Shown: piece by piece, positions 10,358 through 20,707 of the stretch | Numbering within the stretch: the stretch's first letter is position 1 | Layout: each line of letters starts with the position of its first letter | Made by a program: the position numbers and the translations under genes | Source of the DNA: an uncultured Clostridia bacterium | GTDB lineage: Bacteria > Bacillota > Clostridia > TANB77 > CAG-508 | Assembly: GCA_949443285.1 (NCBI GenBank) | Contig: CASSLW010000003.1 | Coordinates: forward strand, 2,340 to 66,339 | Reading direction: 5' to 3' | Length of the DNA stretch: 64,000 bases | The notes under the pieces: model-generated | Seen by the model: the letters and a program-made list of their open reading frames with translations, nothing else | Database searches by the model: none | Told to the model about the DNA's origin: nothing

Positions 10358-10812
10358 TCCCCCAATAACTTTTTAATTTTATTTTCAAGAACCTTTGGTG
10401 CAATAGTTTGAAGTTCTTGTTCTGATATTGTCAGCATAAACTTACCTTCAACCCAACCTTTATGGTTTCTTGTTCTATGTCCATGTTCAACATATGATGA
10501 ATATTCAACTGGGTTTGTTATCTCAATTTTATATACATTACCAATATGTTGAATTGTTAAAGAATCTGCATAACTCTTTGCACTTTGACTTTTTCCAGCT
10601 GTCCAACCCCTTCTTAATGTGCCACCAACCTTGCCTGAACCACTTGGATAAACACCAACTGGGGTTCTTTTAATTACTTTTGCAAGTAATCTTGCTGCAA
10701 GTTCTTTGGCACATAATTCCATGAATTCATCAACTTTCTTTTTTTCAAGATTTGAAATTTTCTTTCTAAAATCTTTTAATCCATCAAAGTTGCATTTTCC
10801 ATAACTACCCAA
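10345..10812 (-). CDS. HK97 gp10-family head-tail joining protein
   Basis: Motif ...GGTLRRGWTAG... Confidence 0.55.
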   Translation of the reverse strand: MGSYGKCNFDGLKDFRKKISNLEKKKVDEFMELCAKELAARLLAKVIKRTPVGVYPSGSGKVGGTLRRGWTAGKSQSAKSYADSLTIQHIGNVYKIEITNPVEYSSYVEHGHRTRNHKGWVEGKFMLTISEQELQTIAPKVLENKIKKLLGECFT

Positions 10813-11190
10813 TTATGCATACCTTTCATCTAATTCAAGTACAATTTCTTGATGTGTCTGATATTTTGCAGGTTCACCACTACTTTTATAAATAGTAACT
10901 TGCCCCAAAATATTAGTTACTTCAATTTTTGAACCTGGTTTTATTGTTATTTCAGGTGCAATAAATAATTTGGTAATTTGTACAATATTTGATTTTACAT
11001 CATCTTGACTATCTTTTGTGACAGTTTCAAATGACAATTTACATTTTTTATTTTCTACAACTTTGGTTTCTTTAAATCCTGTTGATTTGTTTTCTTTTAT
11101 ATATTTTTCTTCTTGAATGACATTACAAGTACAATCATATGTCATTTCAATGGCTTTGCGAACTGCTACCACTTGATTTGGCGATAACAT
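10813..11190 (-). CDS. head-tail adaptor / head closure protein
   Basis: 125 aa, synteny. Confidence 0.4.
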   Translation of the reverse strand: MLSPNQVVAVRKAIEMTYDCTCNVIQEEKYIKENKSTGFKETKVVENKKCKLSFETVTKDSQDDVKSNIVQITKLFIAPEITIKPGSKIEVTNILGQVTIYKSSGEPAKYQTHQEIVLELDERYA

Positions 11191-11645
11191 ACAAAATCCC
11201 CTTCACCAACATTTAATAAATATGAAATTAGTGAATTTAACTTTGTTTCCAAAGTTTCTGAACCTTCACCAATTGCAAATGTTACATTTGTATCACCTGC
11301 TTGTACTTGTTTTATTGCCATTTCAACATCAAAACCATTTTCAGCATTTAATTGACCACTTTGTTTTTTAGAAAATAAAAATTCACCACAAATTCTATCA
11401 ATTTCAATTTCTTTCAATTCATCAGGAATTTCAGAAATATTACATGAATTCTTAATATGATTTTCAACCTTTTGTATACAGAAAGTTATCATCCATGAAT
11501 CTGCTTCACTTGATTTATACCCAAGTGAAAGAAGTCTTTTCAAAATTTGTTCAATAAATTTATCATCGACTTCTTTTTTATTGATTATTTTTACGATGCT
11601 TTCAATTATAGGTTTTAAATCTTCTTTTTTATCAGAATCATCCAT
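11166..11645 (-). CDS. head-tail connector-like protein
   Basis: 159 aa, synteny. Confidence 0.4.
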   Translation of the reverse strand: MDDSDKKEDLKPIIESIVKIINKKEVDDKFIEQILKRLLSLGYKSSEADSWMITFCIQKVENHIKNSCNISEIPDELKEIEIDRICGEFLFSKKQSGQLNAENGFDVEMAIKQVQAGDTNVTFAIGEGSETLETKLNSLISYLLNVGEGDFVCYRQIKW

Positions 11646-11669
11646 ATAATTTCACCATCTTTCTTTTTA

Positions 11670-12755
11670 CTACCCTTTTGAAATTATTCTTGCAATTGGA
11701 ATAGCTTTATGATTTAAGTAGCTTCTTTCAGCTGCTGTTGTTTCACCTGAATGAACTAATTCCCAGTTTGCACCGTTCTTTAATTCTTCATCTGTTGGTG
11801 AATTTGTTTTTTGTGATTTCTTTGTATAAGAAATTCCAAATGGTGCAAATACTTTTCTTTGTCTTACATATAAAGTATCTTCACCGCCATTTGTTTTTTC
11901 ATCTCTTGCCATTGCATAAGGTACTTTTGCACCAATGTTTTCATAATCAATAGCACCATCACCAAGAACATAAGAAGTATATTTTGTATATGCTTCCACT
12001 TTTGTTTCGCCACTTCCACTTGCTGGAACTTCTTCTGTTGGCATATCATCATCTATGATGACAATTTTTCCATTCCATGCAGCTAAATCAAGTGGTCTTT
12101 CAATACCTTCTGCATCTGTATATACAAGATGTTTTACTAATTTTAAGTTTTCTAGATTTGTAGCAACATCGCTGTGCATAAATACCATTGTAAATTTCTT
12201 TTTATTAGCACCACATGCTTGATTCATCGCAGTATTTAAAGTTGTTTGACCAACTTTTGCTTCATCATCTTTATTTCCTGTTATATCGTATGTATGTTTA
12301 TCAACAAATTCTTTGTTTTTTGTTCCTGTCATATTATAAATACCAGCTAATATTGCAAGTATTGTGTCTTGGTCTAAACCATCTAAATATTCAGCAACTT
12401 GGTCAGCAACATTGTCCATGAAATCTTCATCTGCAACATCATCTGAAAAGTCTTTTTCTGTCCATGCTTTTGCACGACCAATAACTACAACACCACGATT
12501 GAATGTTTTTGTGCTTGTAGCTTCAATATCTGTTTCACCATCATAGTTAACAGCTTGACCATCTAGTAATCCTTTCATTGCTATTTCAGCATAAACAGTA
12601 CCATTTTGAGATGTGAAAACATCTCTAATATCTTTACTTCCTTTTAATGCTTTTGATTTTTTTAGTTCATTTGTTTTTAAATTTGGTATTCTTGTATGTT
12701 CAACAGAATACTTAAATGCTTTTTCATTAAAACTTTTTGAATCGAATTTTCCCAT
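11670..12755 (-). CDS. major capsid protein
   Basis: 361 aa, immediately downstream of the scaffold gene; RBS GGGAAAAGG. Confidence 0.6.
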   Translation of the reverse strand: MGKFDSKSFNEKAFKYSVEHTRIPNLKTNELKKSKALKGSKDIRDVFTSQNGTVYAEIAMKGLLDGQAVNYDGETDIEATSTKTFNRGVVVIGRAKAWTEKDFSDDVADEDFMDNVADQVAEYLDGLDQDTILAILAGIYNMTGTKNKEFVDKHTYDITGNKDDEAKVGQTTLNTAMNQACGANKKKFTMVFMHSDVATNLENLKLVKHLVYTDAEGIERPLDLAAWNGKIVIIDDDMPTEEVPASGSGETKVEAYTKYTSYVLGDGAIDYENIGAKVPYAMARDEKTNGGEDTLYVRQRKVFAPFGISYTKKSQKTNSPTDEELKNGANWELVHSGETTAAERSYLNHKAIPIARIISKG

Positions 12756-12777
12756 AATTTTTTACCTTTTCCCTTTC

Positions 12778-12795
12778 TGTATCTTTCAAGATACA
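12778..12795. promoter_or_regulatory. 18-bp palindrome TGTATCT-TTCA-AGATACA upstream of the capsid gene
   Basis: Perfect inverted half-sites read directly; lies 23-40 nt upstream of the capsid ATG. Confidence 0.6.
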
Positions 12796-12811
12796 ATAAA
12801 TTTAAAATTTT

Positions 12812-13531
12812 TTAGACTTCCGCTTCTGGGTGTTCTTCAAAATATTTTGCCCTTTCATCGTAAGTCATTTTTGACAAATCAACTTTGTCATCATCTACAT
12901 CATCGGTGTCACCTTTACCAGGTTCAGCACCTTTGATTTTAGTTTGTTTCTTTTCAGAATCAAATAAGAATTTGGTATCTTCACCTTTAACAAGTGCATC
13001 AATTTGGTCTTTTAATCCTTTTACTGAACCATCTTCACTTAATTCTGCTTTGTCTAAATCTTTTAATAATGCTTTTACTGCAACATTATTTTTAGCTTTT
13101 GCAGAAGTAAGTGCAGCTTCTATTGCAGCATCTATTTTCATTTGTTTTATTTCAGCTGCATGTGCTTCATCTTTGGTTTTATTTTCAGATTGAAGTGTTT
13201 CAATTTGTTTCTTTAATTCATCAACATCACCTGTTGATTTTTTTAAAGTTTCAAGTTGACCATCTCTTTCTGAAACTTGACCTTTCAATGTTTCTATTTC
13301 AGCATTGGCATCTTTTAATTGACCTTGAACTGTTTCCAATTCACCTTTTGCTTTTCCAATGTCAGTTGAATTTTCATCAAGTATTTTATCAACTGTTTCC
13401 TTGTCTTTAATTCCTAAATCTTCTAAAAATTTTCTTTGCATTTTTATCATCCTTTCTTCGCTTTTTCTCGTGGGTCGCATCCACATAAAATTTTGATATT
13501 GTTGTCTTTTCTCGACATCCAACCAGGTCAT
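12812..13531 (-). CDS. capsid scaffolding protein
   Basis: Coiled-coil, Glu/Lys-rich, 239 aa; sits between the minor head and capsid genes. Confidence 0.6.
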   Translation of the reverse strand: MTWLDVEKRQQYQNFMWMRPTRKSEERMIKMQRKFLEDLGIKDKETVDKILDENSTDIGKAKGELETVQGQLKDANAEIETLKGQVSERDGQLETLKKSTGDVDELKKQIETLQSENKTKDEAHAAEIKQMKIDAAIEAALTSAKAKNNVAVKALLKDLDKAELSEDGSVKGLKDQIDALVKGEDTKFLFDSEKKQTKIKGAEPGKGDTDDVDDDKVDLSKMTYDERAKYFEEHPEAEV

Positions 13532-13660
13532 TTATGTAAAAATTGACAATAAAAAAGAAATTACAAAAAATCTTGCAATTCCTTTAAAATAGGCAATTTT
13601 TTCACCTTATATAATGCCCATATAGGCTTTTAAAATTAGTGGGTAATATAGTTTATACCC

Positions 13661-13831
13661 TTATTTTTCAATGAATTCTTCACATTCTTCTTTTTCATTC
13701 CAAAATTTTGATGGAATACCTTTTTCATGAATTCCACAATAATTATTTGTAGTTTCTTTTTCATCTTCCACAACATAATCATGTTGAACACATAATTTAT
13801 AATAGAAACATTTTTGACATTTACTTTCCAT
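13661..13831 (-). CDS. small Cys-containing (zinc-ribbon-like) protein
   Basis: 56-aa ORF MESKCQKCFYYKLC...CGIHEKG...; not in the ORF track because it is under 60 aa. Confidence 0.3.
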   Translation of the reverse strand: MESKCQKCFYYKLCVQHDYVVEDEKETTNNYCGIHEKGIPSKFWNEKEECEEFIEK

Positions 13832-15671
13832 TTTTCAACACCCTTTCTAACATTTCATTTATATAATCAGGTAAAGTTCCACCCATTTGTTTTTTAGCAA
13901 AACATTCTGCAAAAAATTCATATCTATCAGTTGATGCATAATAAGATATATTGTATATATCATTATTTTTTATTGCTTTATAATATGTATCTGCTACATA
14001 ATTACATTTTTGCCAACATTCATTTGAATCAAAGAAATCAAAATTCTTATTGGCTCTTGATTGATTGACTTGTCCAAAATATTGGTCAGCAACAACATGA
14101 CCATATTCATGTGAAATTGTTGCTTTAATTGATTCTAAATCAGAATAAGAACCTGATATTGAAAAACAATTATACTTCTTTTGTTCTTCTAATCTTTTTA
14201 TTCCTTTTTCAATTGGCTTTTGTTTATATTTCATATTACCAAGATATTGTTTTAAATCTTCAATTTGTTTATCACAATTTTTAACCCAATCATCACCAAT
14301 CAATGCTGTTCTATTTGCTTTATTAAAATGTGCAGTATTGATTGAAATACCTTGATAATTTCCTTGTGCTGCTGCACTTGACATTGTTTTATTTCTAACA
14401 AATATTTCATTATTTAATGGATATTGATTTTGTAATTCATCTAATTGCTTAAATGTAGCATTTATTGATTCAACATTTCTAATTTTATCAATATCAGAAT
14501 CTTTATAATTATTATAAACATATTCTTTTGCTTCATCCATTGTTTCAAAATCTTTCCATTTACTTGATTGATTTGTTTTTATTTTAGCATCTTTTACTTC
14601 ATTTTTCAACTTTGATTCTTTTGGTGATATATCTTGAACATGTTTATTATACCAATCTTTGTATTTCACATCACCTTCAACATAATATGTCTTTCCATCT
14701 TCATCCCTTGCTGCTCTTGTATCTTTAATATCATAATCATCATTAAAATGTGGTACTGTTGTTGACCTACAATAATTATGAAATGGTGGTGCTGTTACAC
14801 CTGGTTGATAATCATTCATTTTATAGACTTTTCCATCTTGTTCTTGACATATTGAAGATGTATGTGAATCAAGTGTTGCCACAATTTCATATTCTTCAAC
14901 ATCTAAATCTTTAAAACAATCTTTTTGTGCTAAACTTGAAAAATAAGCACTTTCAGTCATAACCAAATTACCTGCTTGTGCTTTTGATGTATTAAATTTT
15001 TTTGACATATATTTTATGACATTATCAGGTGATTTCCCTTGAACACACATAATCGTTAATTGATTGTGTAATTCATTTATCATTTTAGTCTTATTGTTCC
15101 ATATTCTTTCACTAAAATTCTTTTCATCAACCGCCCATGGTTTAGATACTATCTTTGACAATTTATTTTCATCAATAGTTCCTATATTAAAACCAACATT
15201 GAAACCCTTTTGCATTTCAAACATTGTGTGATAATAATTATTGGTATATGCATTTGATGTCATTTTATCAACTTCATCAAGTTCATTACCAAATAATTTT
15301 TCTAATGATTGTTGGGTTTGCAATTTTAATGCTTCAAGTCTTGAAATATGATATTTTGCAGATGCATTTTCCAATTCTTTCATCCATAATTCATTTATTT
15401 CATTTTCTTGACCATATTTAATATATTCTTGCACATCCCATTTGAATTCTTTTAAATCTTTACCATCTAACCACTTTTTAGCATCTGATATTGTAATTTG
15501 ATTATTATTCGCAAATCTTACATACCAATTATTGATGTTTCTTTCTATTTCTCTTTGTGCTTGTTCAAATGCTTGTTCAATATGTGAATATGTTGTTAAT
15601 GCATCTTTATGTGATGCTTTTTCTAATTGTTCAAATCTACCTTGCCAATAGTCACTATTCTTCATCGCCAT
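13821..15671 (-). CDS. MuF / SPP1 gp7-family minor head protein with a C-terminal HExxH zincin-like domain
   Basis: Conserved MuF core ...SICQEQDGKVY...PFHNYCRST...; C-terminal ISHEYGHVV...YEFFAECF (HExxH followed by a downstream Glu). Confidence 0.7.
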   Translation of the reverse strand: MAMKNSDYWQGRFEQLEKASHKDALTTYSHIEQAFEQAQREIERNINNWYVRFANNNQITISDAKKWLDGKDLKEFKWDVQEYIKYGQENEINELWMKELENASAKYHISRLEALKLQTQQSLEKLFGNELDEVDKMTSNAYTNNYYHTMFEMQKGFNVGFNIGTIDENKLSKIVSKPWAVDEKNFSERIWNNKTKMINELHNQLTIMCVQGKSPDNVIKYMSKKFNTSKAQAGNLVMTESAYFSSLAQKDCFKDLDVEEYEIVATLDSHTSSICQEQDGKVYKMNDYQPGVTAPPFHNYCRSTTVPHFNDDYDIKDTRAARDEDGKTYYVEGDVKYKDWYNKHVQDISPKESKLKNEVKDAKIKTNQSSKWKDFETMDEAKEYVYNNYKDSDIDKIRNVESINATFKQLDELQNQYPLNNEIFVRNKTMSSAAAQGNYQGISINTAHFNKANRTALIGDDWVKNCDKQIEDLKQYLGNMKYKQKPIEKGIKRLEEQKKYNCFSISGSYSDLESIKATISHEYGHVVADQYFGQVNQSRANKNFDFFDSNECWQKCNYVADTYYKAIKNNDIYNISYYASTDRYEFFAECFAKKQMGGTLPDYINEMLERVLKNGK

Positions 15672-17175
15672 CTTCTACATCACCACCTTTATTGTTTGGT
15701 TGTGTTTTGGATGGGTCATTATTGTTAAAAGGAAATGGGTACATTTCCATATTTTTCTTCTTTTCTTCTTCAATTCTTTCAAGTTCAACATTAACATCAT
15801 CAACCCATGGGTGATTTGCAAGTCTTGATTCAAGTGATAAATCTTGTGAATTGTTAATATTTTGAATAATTTCTGATTCTGATATAAGCATATCACGATT
15901 GAATATAATTTCAACATCTTCATTTTCAAAATTTCCTTGTGATGTATTTGCCAAATGGCAATTTACAAACCACAATACTTCTTCAAATGCTGCTTGATAT
16001 TCAGTTTCAGTTCCATTTGCATCAAGGTCAATATCTGAAAAGATTGATTGAATATTCATTTGATTTGGATTATTTCCAAGTCTATCATCTTTTGCATCAT
16101 AACCCCTAGCATTTTCAATTATTGCTTTCTTGAAAATATCCAAAATAACTTTGTAGTTTTCTGAATTTACTTCAATTTGTAATGTTTTTAAATCACCTGC
16201 TGCACCATCTACTGTTTTTACTTTTACTGCACCATATTGTGCTAAATTCTTTCTGAATTGTGCAAGGTTTTGACCATCATAGTTAACTAATACCAATATT
16301 GTATTTCTAACATCTTCTTCCATTTGATTTAAGAAATTAGATTCAATTAAATTTAAACCATCTTGTAATGATTTTAATTTTTTAATCAAAGGAATTTCTT
16401 TGCTATTATACTTAAATGGTATTAAAGGTATTTTTGTCCAATTATATCCTTGAATATTACCTTTCACATCTACTATTGTAAAGTAATTTTCAAAAGGTTT
16501 CTTTAAATCAGGAATCAATTTTCCACCTTCATATGTAAAATGATAAATTCCATCTTGATTATATACTTCAACATGGTCAATATATTTCTTTTTCTTCTTT
16601 TCAACTTTAATTGTGACATATAACCTAATTGCATAATCAAGTTCTGTATGTTCTGTATCTTTCCAAATTGGTATAATTTCATATGGTTTGAATCTCTTAA
16701 AGGTGAATTTTCCATGTTCATCATAATAAATAAACATCCAACCAATACCTTCATTCAATGAGTCTTCACCAATATTTTTTAACAATTTTCTAAATTTCTT
16801 ATTAAATATATTTTTTAATAATTTGGCATAAGTATCATTGTTAGTCTGAATTGAAAAAGGTTGTCCAAGCAAGTAATTGTTCTTTTGGTCAACCATCTTC
16901 TGATACTGATTATCAACTATTCTGTTATTTGGTAAATTATCAATTTCTTCAAGTTTACCATCTTGTCCAATTACAGTTCTTTTTCTTTTTAAAATATCAT
17001 GTTTTCCATCATAATACTTTTCACCAGTTATCATCCATTGTCTTTTCTTTGATGCCATAAAATCTTTAATTTCATTTATAACATTTTCTTCATCCAAGGA
17101 TAAATCTTCATTGCTTTCTTTTATGATTGTATCCCTTTTGAATCTACTGAATAAACCTTCAAACATGTCATTCAC
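15655..17175 (-). CDS. portal protein
   Basis: 506 aa, between terminase and MuF; acidic C-terminus. Confidence 0.75.
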   Translation of the reverse strand: MNDMFEGLFSRFKRDTIIKESNEDLSLDEENVINEIKDFMASKKRQWMITGEKYYDGKHDILKRKRTVIGQDGKLEEIDNLPNNRIVDNQYQKMVDQKNNYLLGQPFSIQTNNDTYAKLLKNIFNKKFRKLLKNIGEDSLNEGIGWMFIYYDEHGKFTFKRFKPYEIIPIWKDTEHTELDYAIRLYVTIKVEKKKKKYIDHVEVYNQDGIYHFTYEGGKLIPDLKKPFENYFTIVDVKGNIQGYNWTKIPLIPFKYNSKEIPLIKKLKSLQDGLNLIESNFLNQMEEDVRNTILVLVNYDGQNLAQFRKNLAQYGAVKVKTVDGAAGDLKTLQIEVNSENYKVILDIFKKAIIENARGYDAKDDRLGNNPNQMNIQSIFSDIDLDANGTETEYQAAFEEVLWFVNCHLANTSQGNFENEDVEIIFNRDMLISESEIIQNINNSQDLSLESRLANHPWVDDVNVELERIEEEKKKNMEMYPFPFNNNDPSKTQPNNKGGDVEDGDEE

Positions 17176-17198
17176 CCCCTTTCATCTCAAAACCTATT

Positions 17199-17327
17199 CT
17201 ATTTTTTGGGTTTTGTCTTATCTATTATAAATTTATCATGTTGGGTTGCTATTTCTATATAAACACTTTTATAATCAATTTTTTCTACTTGATTCACAAC
17301 TTTTTCAATTTGTTTGATTACTTCCAT
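17199..17327 (-). CDS. small hypothetical protein
   Basis: 42 aa from ATG 17327 with RBS AGGAAGGTG; the longer track ORF overlaps the 3' end of terL. Confidence 0.3.
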   Translation of the reverse strand: MEVIKQIEKVVNQVEKIDYKSVYIEIATQHDKFIIDKTKPKK

Positions 17328-17340
17328 CTTACACCTTCCT

Positions 17341-18753
17341 TTAATCAAAGCTAAATGTATCACCTTGTCCAACTTTTTCTGCAATTCCTGTTGTAGCATC
17401 AGGTGCATCATCGTGTGGATTTTTACCTTCTTTTTGATACCTATTCATAGCATCATAGTAATCAGGAAATCTATCAGCCCAGTTAACAGGAAAATATATA
17501 TGATTCATTACCCATGTTGAATTTGATATAATTCTTGATATTTTATTTTTACTTTGGAAGAATGGATTTATCATACATCTATTTGATTGGAATTTTTCTA
17601 ACAATAAAGTTTCAACATTTCTTGCAAATCCACGACCACCATTATTTGATTCAATATCTGCTTCATTAACACCATCTTCAAATAACATTTTTGCGACTGC
17701 TGGTTCTGTGATTTCCATGCCATCCTTTGTATAAATAACATTGATAACATATGCTTCATTATTATATTCAACATAATCAATACTACATAGAAAGTCATCA
17801 CCTGTATCTGCTGTATCTGTATAATTCTTAACTTTGGTGTATAATGGATTACCATTTTCATCAACTGGTAATTTTGTATATGTTTTAAATTTGGTATATA
17901 ATCTACCCTTTAAATCCATAGGTTCTTGTTGATAGTTAGCTGCTGCAATTTCTTTTGACATTGATTTTGTTTTTACATCATAACTTCTTCTTGAAAGAAT
18001 AGAATCACAAAGCATTGTTCCATCATCTTGTAATGCTTTATATGAAATATGTCTTACTTTCATACCAAGTGCTTTAAAATGTCTTAATGCTCTACCTGCT
18101 AAATCATCATTATGCCATCTAGTCATTACGATGATAATTTTTCCACCTTCTTCAAGTCTTGAAAGCATTGTGTCTGTGAACCATGTCCATTGTTGTTCAA
18201 GTACATCAGCATTATTTGCTTCAAGTGAAGATTTAATTAAGTCATCTATAATCATAAGTGTTGCACCAAAACCTGTTGCAGTTCCTTTTGGTGATGTTGC
18301 TAAATAGTTATTATAACCATTTTCAAGTGACCATTTATTCATTGCAGAATCACCATATTTAATTGTTACACCTGGAAATATTTCAGAATAAACAATCTTA
18401 TCTTCATCACCTTTTCCTTCAAGTATTGTATCCCTTACACCTTTTGAAAATGTTGTTGATAAAGATTCATTGTATGAACCCATCATTATTTTTTCATTTT
18501 GATTGTTACCCAAAGCCCATTCAACAAAACATCCAACTGTTCTTGATTTTCCATGCCTTGGTGGCATATTAAGAACCAAGACATCTTCATCTGATTCATA
18601 AAAATCTTGAAAATCATGACACACACTAACTAAAAAGTTCCTGTCTTCTTTATAGAAGTCAGGTGCTTTCAAATTACAATATGAAAAAAATTCTTTTCTT
18701 GCTAGTGCTTTTTGGATTTCTGCTAAATCAATGTTATTTATTGTTTGTTGCAT
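17341..18753 (-). CDS. terL: terminase large subunit
   Basis: 470 aa; N-terminal ATPase region and C-terminal nuclease-like Asp residues; start overlaps the stop of the small subunit. Confidence 0.8.
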   Translation of the reverse strand: MQQTINNIDLAEIQKALARKEFFSYCNLKAPDFYKEDRNFLVSVCHDFQDFYESDEDVLVLNMPPRHGKSRTVGCFVEWALGNNQNEKIMMGSYNESLSTTFSKGVRDTILEGKGDEDKIVYSEIFPGVTIKYGDSAMNKWSLENGYNNYLATSPKGTATGFGATLMIIDDLIKSSLEANNADVLEQQWTWFTDTMLSRLEEGGKIIIVMTRWHNDDLAGRALRHFKALGMKVRHISYKALQDDGTMLCDSILSRRSYDVKTKSMSKEIAAANYQQEPMDLKGRLYTKFKTYTKLPVDENGNPLYTKVKNYTDTADTGDDFLCSIDYVEYNNEAYVINVIYTKDGMEITEPAVAKMLFEDGVNEADIESNNGGRGFARNVETLLLEKFQSNRCMINPFFQSKNKISRIISNSTWVMNHIYFPVNWADRFPDYYDAMNRYQKEGKNPHDDAPDATTGIAEKVGQGDTFSFD

Positions 18754-19444
18754 TTAATTCATCCTTTTTCACTTTTGCTAATGCCTTTAATTCTTCAACT
18801 GTTAAGTTGTTATATGGATTTGGTACATTGTTATTTACAATGACTGGTTGGGTATTCTTAAACATTCCTAAATGTTGACCAAGTAAATGTAATGCTTCAA
18901 CTTTATTACATTGTTCAATTGCAATTCCATGCTTTGTATTCTTTATTGATGAAATTGCTGCTTTTTGGTCATCTGTTAATTGTTTTGTATCTTTAAGGAT
19001 GATGTCTTGTTCATAAACATCACCTTCTTCATAAACATAGTCTTGAATTTTTTCATCAAATCTTCTATGTTTTATTGGTCTTGTAACAACTTCAATATAA
19101 TCTGTGGCATTACTAAATGCTATTTTTGCAAGTTCTTGAACAACTCTGTCCTGTGTTATCTTTGTTCTGTCTTGAATATCCTGTTGTTCAATTGTAATTT
19201 GTTCCTGAACCTTAACATTTCTTAACAATCTACTACTTGCTGCATTAGCTGCTTCATCACTCTTACACTTTGGATATGCTGCTTTATAGGCTCGTGTTGC
19301 ATTCAAATCAATTAAATATTCATCAATAAACTTTTGCTGTTTTGCTGTTAACTTTTTTGATTTTTTGTTATTATCTGCATCATTTTTGTTACTCTTTTCA
19401 TTGTTTTTGTTCAAAATTTCTTCATTTTGGTTAACTTCTGACAT
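18734..19444 (-). CDS. terS: terminase small subunit
   Basis: LNATRAYKAAYP motif; Lys/Asn-rich N-terminus. Confidence 0.65.
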   Translation of the reverse strand: MSEVNQNEEILNKNNEKSNKNDADNNKKSKKLTAKQQKFIDEYLIDLNATRAYKAAYPKCKSDEAANAASSRLLRNVKVQEQITIEQQDIQDRTKITQDRVVQELAKIAFSNATDYIEVVTRPIKHRRFDEKIQDYVYEEGDVYEQDIILKDTKQLTDDQKAAISSIKNTKHGIAIEQCNKVEALHLLGQHLGMFKNTQPVIVNNNVPNPYNNLTVEELKALAKVKKDELNATNNK

Positions 19445-19475
19445 ATTTTCGCAACACTTCCTTTCTTCTCAATGT

Positions 19476-19505
19476 AAAAATAGACACAGCAATGTGTCTA
19501 TTTTT
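19476..19505 (-). terminator. rho-independent terminator after the ArpU gene
   Basis: AAAAATAGACACA-GCAA-TGTGTCTATTTTT perfect hairpin flanked by A and T runs. Confidence 0.6.
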
Positions 19506-19576
19506 AATTATCTATTATACATGATACTACTTTTAAATATGGCATACAAGGGCATTAAATGACAAGGTGTGCCATA

Positions 19577-20014
19577 TTAAAGTGAAAATGGGACTTCTAT
19601 GTTTTCAAGTGCTGAATCATGAAATCTATGTATTTGCCTTGGTGAATAATGCATTTTATCACATATTTCTTCCCATTGAAAAAACATTAAATATCTATAC
19701 TTCAACACTAATTTTTCATTTATATTTTCAAGTTTGTTTATGACATCACGAATTTGCTTTTTTAATGCAATTAGTTGTTCAATTTCATCATGAATTTCAT
19801 TTTCTAAATCAACAATTCTTGCAATGATATTTACAATTTTATCATTGGTTGCACTTGTTTGAACTCTTTCTTGTGTCATATCACCTGAAATTGATTCTGA
19901 TAGACTTCTTAAATTTTCAAGTTCTTCTTTATCACTTTCAATCAATTCATTAAGTTTGTATGCTTGTCTTAAAAATTGTTTTGCATTCATGTGTATCATC
20001 ACCTGTCCTTTCAC
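19577..20014 (-). CDS. ArpU-family late transcriptional regulator (sigma-70 region-4-like)
   Basis: 145 aa placed immediately upstream of terS; C-terminal helix-turn-helix. Confidence 0.6.
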   Translation of the reverse strand: MKGQVMIHMNAKQFLRQAYKLNELIESDKEELENLRSLSESISGDMTQERVQTSATNDKIVNIIARIVDLENEIHDEIEQLIALKKQIRDVINKLENINEKLVLKYRYLMFFQWEEICDKMHYSPRQIHRFHDSALENIEVPFSL

Positions 20015-20330
20015 CTTGAACCTTGAACCTTCACCTTGAACCTAAAATTTTTCTTATTTTTCAATACTTTTAAAAATAAAATTTAAAATTTGGGTTCAAG
20101 GTTCAAGGTTACTTCTATATTATTTATTTTTTATAAAAACATTAAAATTTAATGATTATTTTTTTATCATATTGTTATTAACTTAATAATATCTTGAACC
20201 ACCTTGAACCAATTTGCTACAACTATTGATATTACTATGTTTTAGTCGGTTCAAGGCTAGTAAATTTCACCTTGAACCAACCTTGAACCGTTCATCTACC
20301 GTTCAATACTGTTCAGAACTGTTCAATTTT
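20013..20330. repeat. array of about 11 TTGAACC/GGTTCAA iterons (both orientations) plus GTTCA variants in an AT-rich intergenic region
   Basis: TTGAACC at 20016, 20023, 20036, 20194, 20204, 20272 and 20283; GGTTCAA at 20093, 20100 and 20248; the 18-mer CACCTTGAACCTTGAACC at 20013-20030 is identical to 36599-36616. Confidence 0.7.
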
Positions 20331-20332
20331 TG

Positions 20333-20707
20333 TTAAATTTTGATAATAAAAGGTTCGTTTTTGTTATATTCTTTTATCAAATTGTTATAAATTTTTTGTA
20401 ATGTATCTGTATTCCCTTCAACATTATCTTTAATTTGTTTTGCCCTTACTCTACAAAATACTTTATAGTAGTCAACAGGCATATCTATGAAAACTCTTTG
20501 TCCAATTTTAGGTATGTAATTTGTTTTTCTTTCATCTGCATTCCAATCAATATGCTGCATATGTTCATTACACTTTTCACAATTTATCATAAAAGGTGTT
20601 ACACCATCCCTACTGTTCCAAAGTGTTTCAACTGTACCACATTTTTCACACTTATATTTCATTAAACAATATGCTTCTGCATGATTATAATTTTTTGAAT
20701 TCATCAC
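20333..20707 (-). CDS. hypothetical Cys-cluster (zinc-binding) protein
   Basis: CEKCG...CEKCNEH motifs. Confidence 0.4.
   Translation of the reverse strand: MMNSKNYNHAEAYCLMKYKCEKCGTVETLWNSRDGVTPFMINCEKCNEHMQHIDWNADERKTNYIPKIGQRVFIDMPVDYYKVFCRVRAKQIKDNVEGNTDTLQKIYNNLIKEYNKNEPFIIKI

Noticed and set aside
19506-19576. Candidate cos/pac or late-promoter element (8-bp inverted repeat ATATGGCA...TGCCATAT) upstream of terS
   Set aside because: The arms are short and imperfect beyond 8 bp, and no additional support is visible from sequence alone.
20013-20330. Possible CRISPR array, given the many short direct repeats
   Set aside because: Repeat units are only 7-11 nt, occur in both orientations, and have irregular spacing with AT-rich spacers. 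No cas genes are present. The pattern fits protein-binding iterons rather than a CRISPR array.
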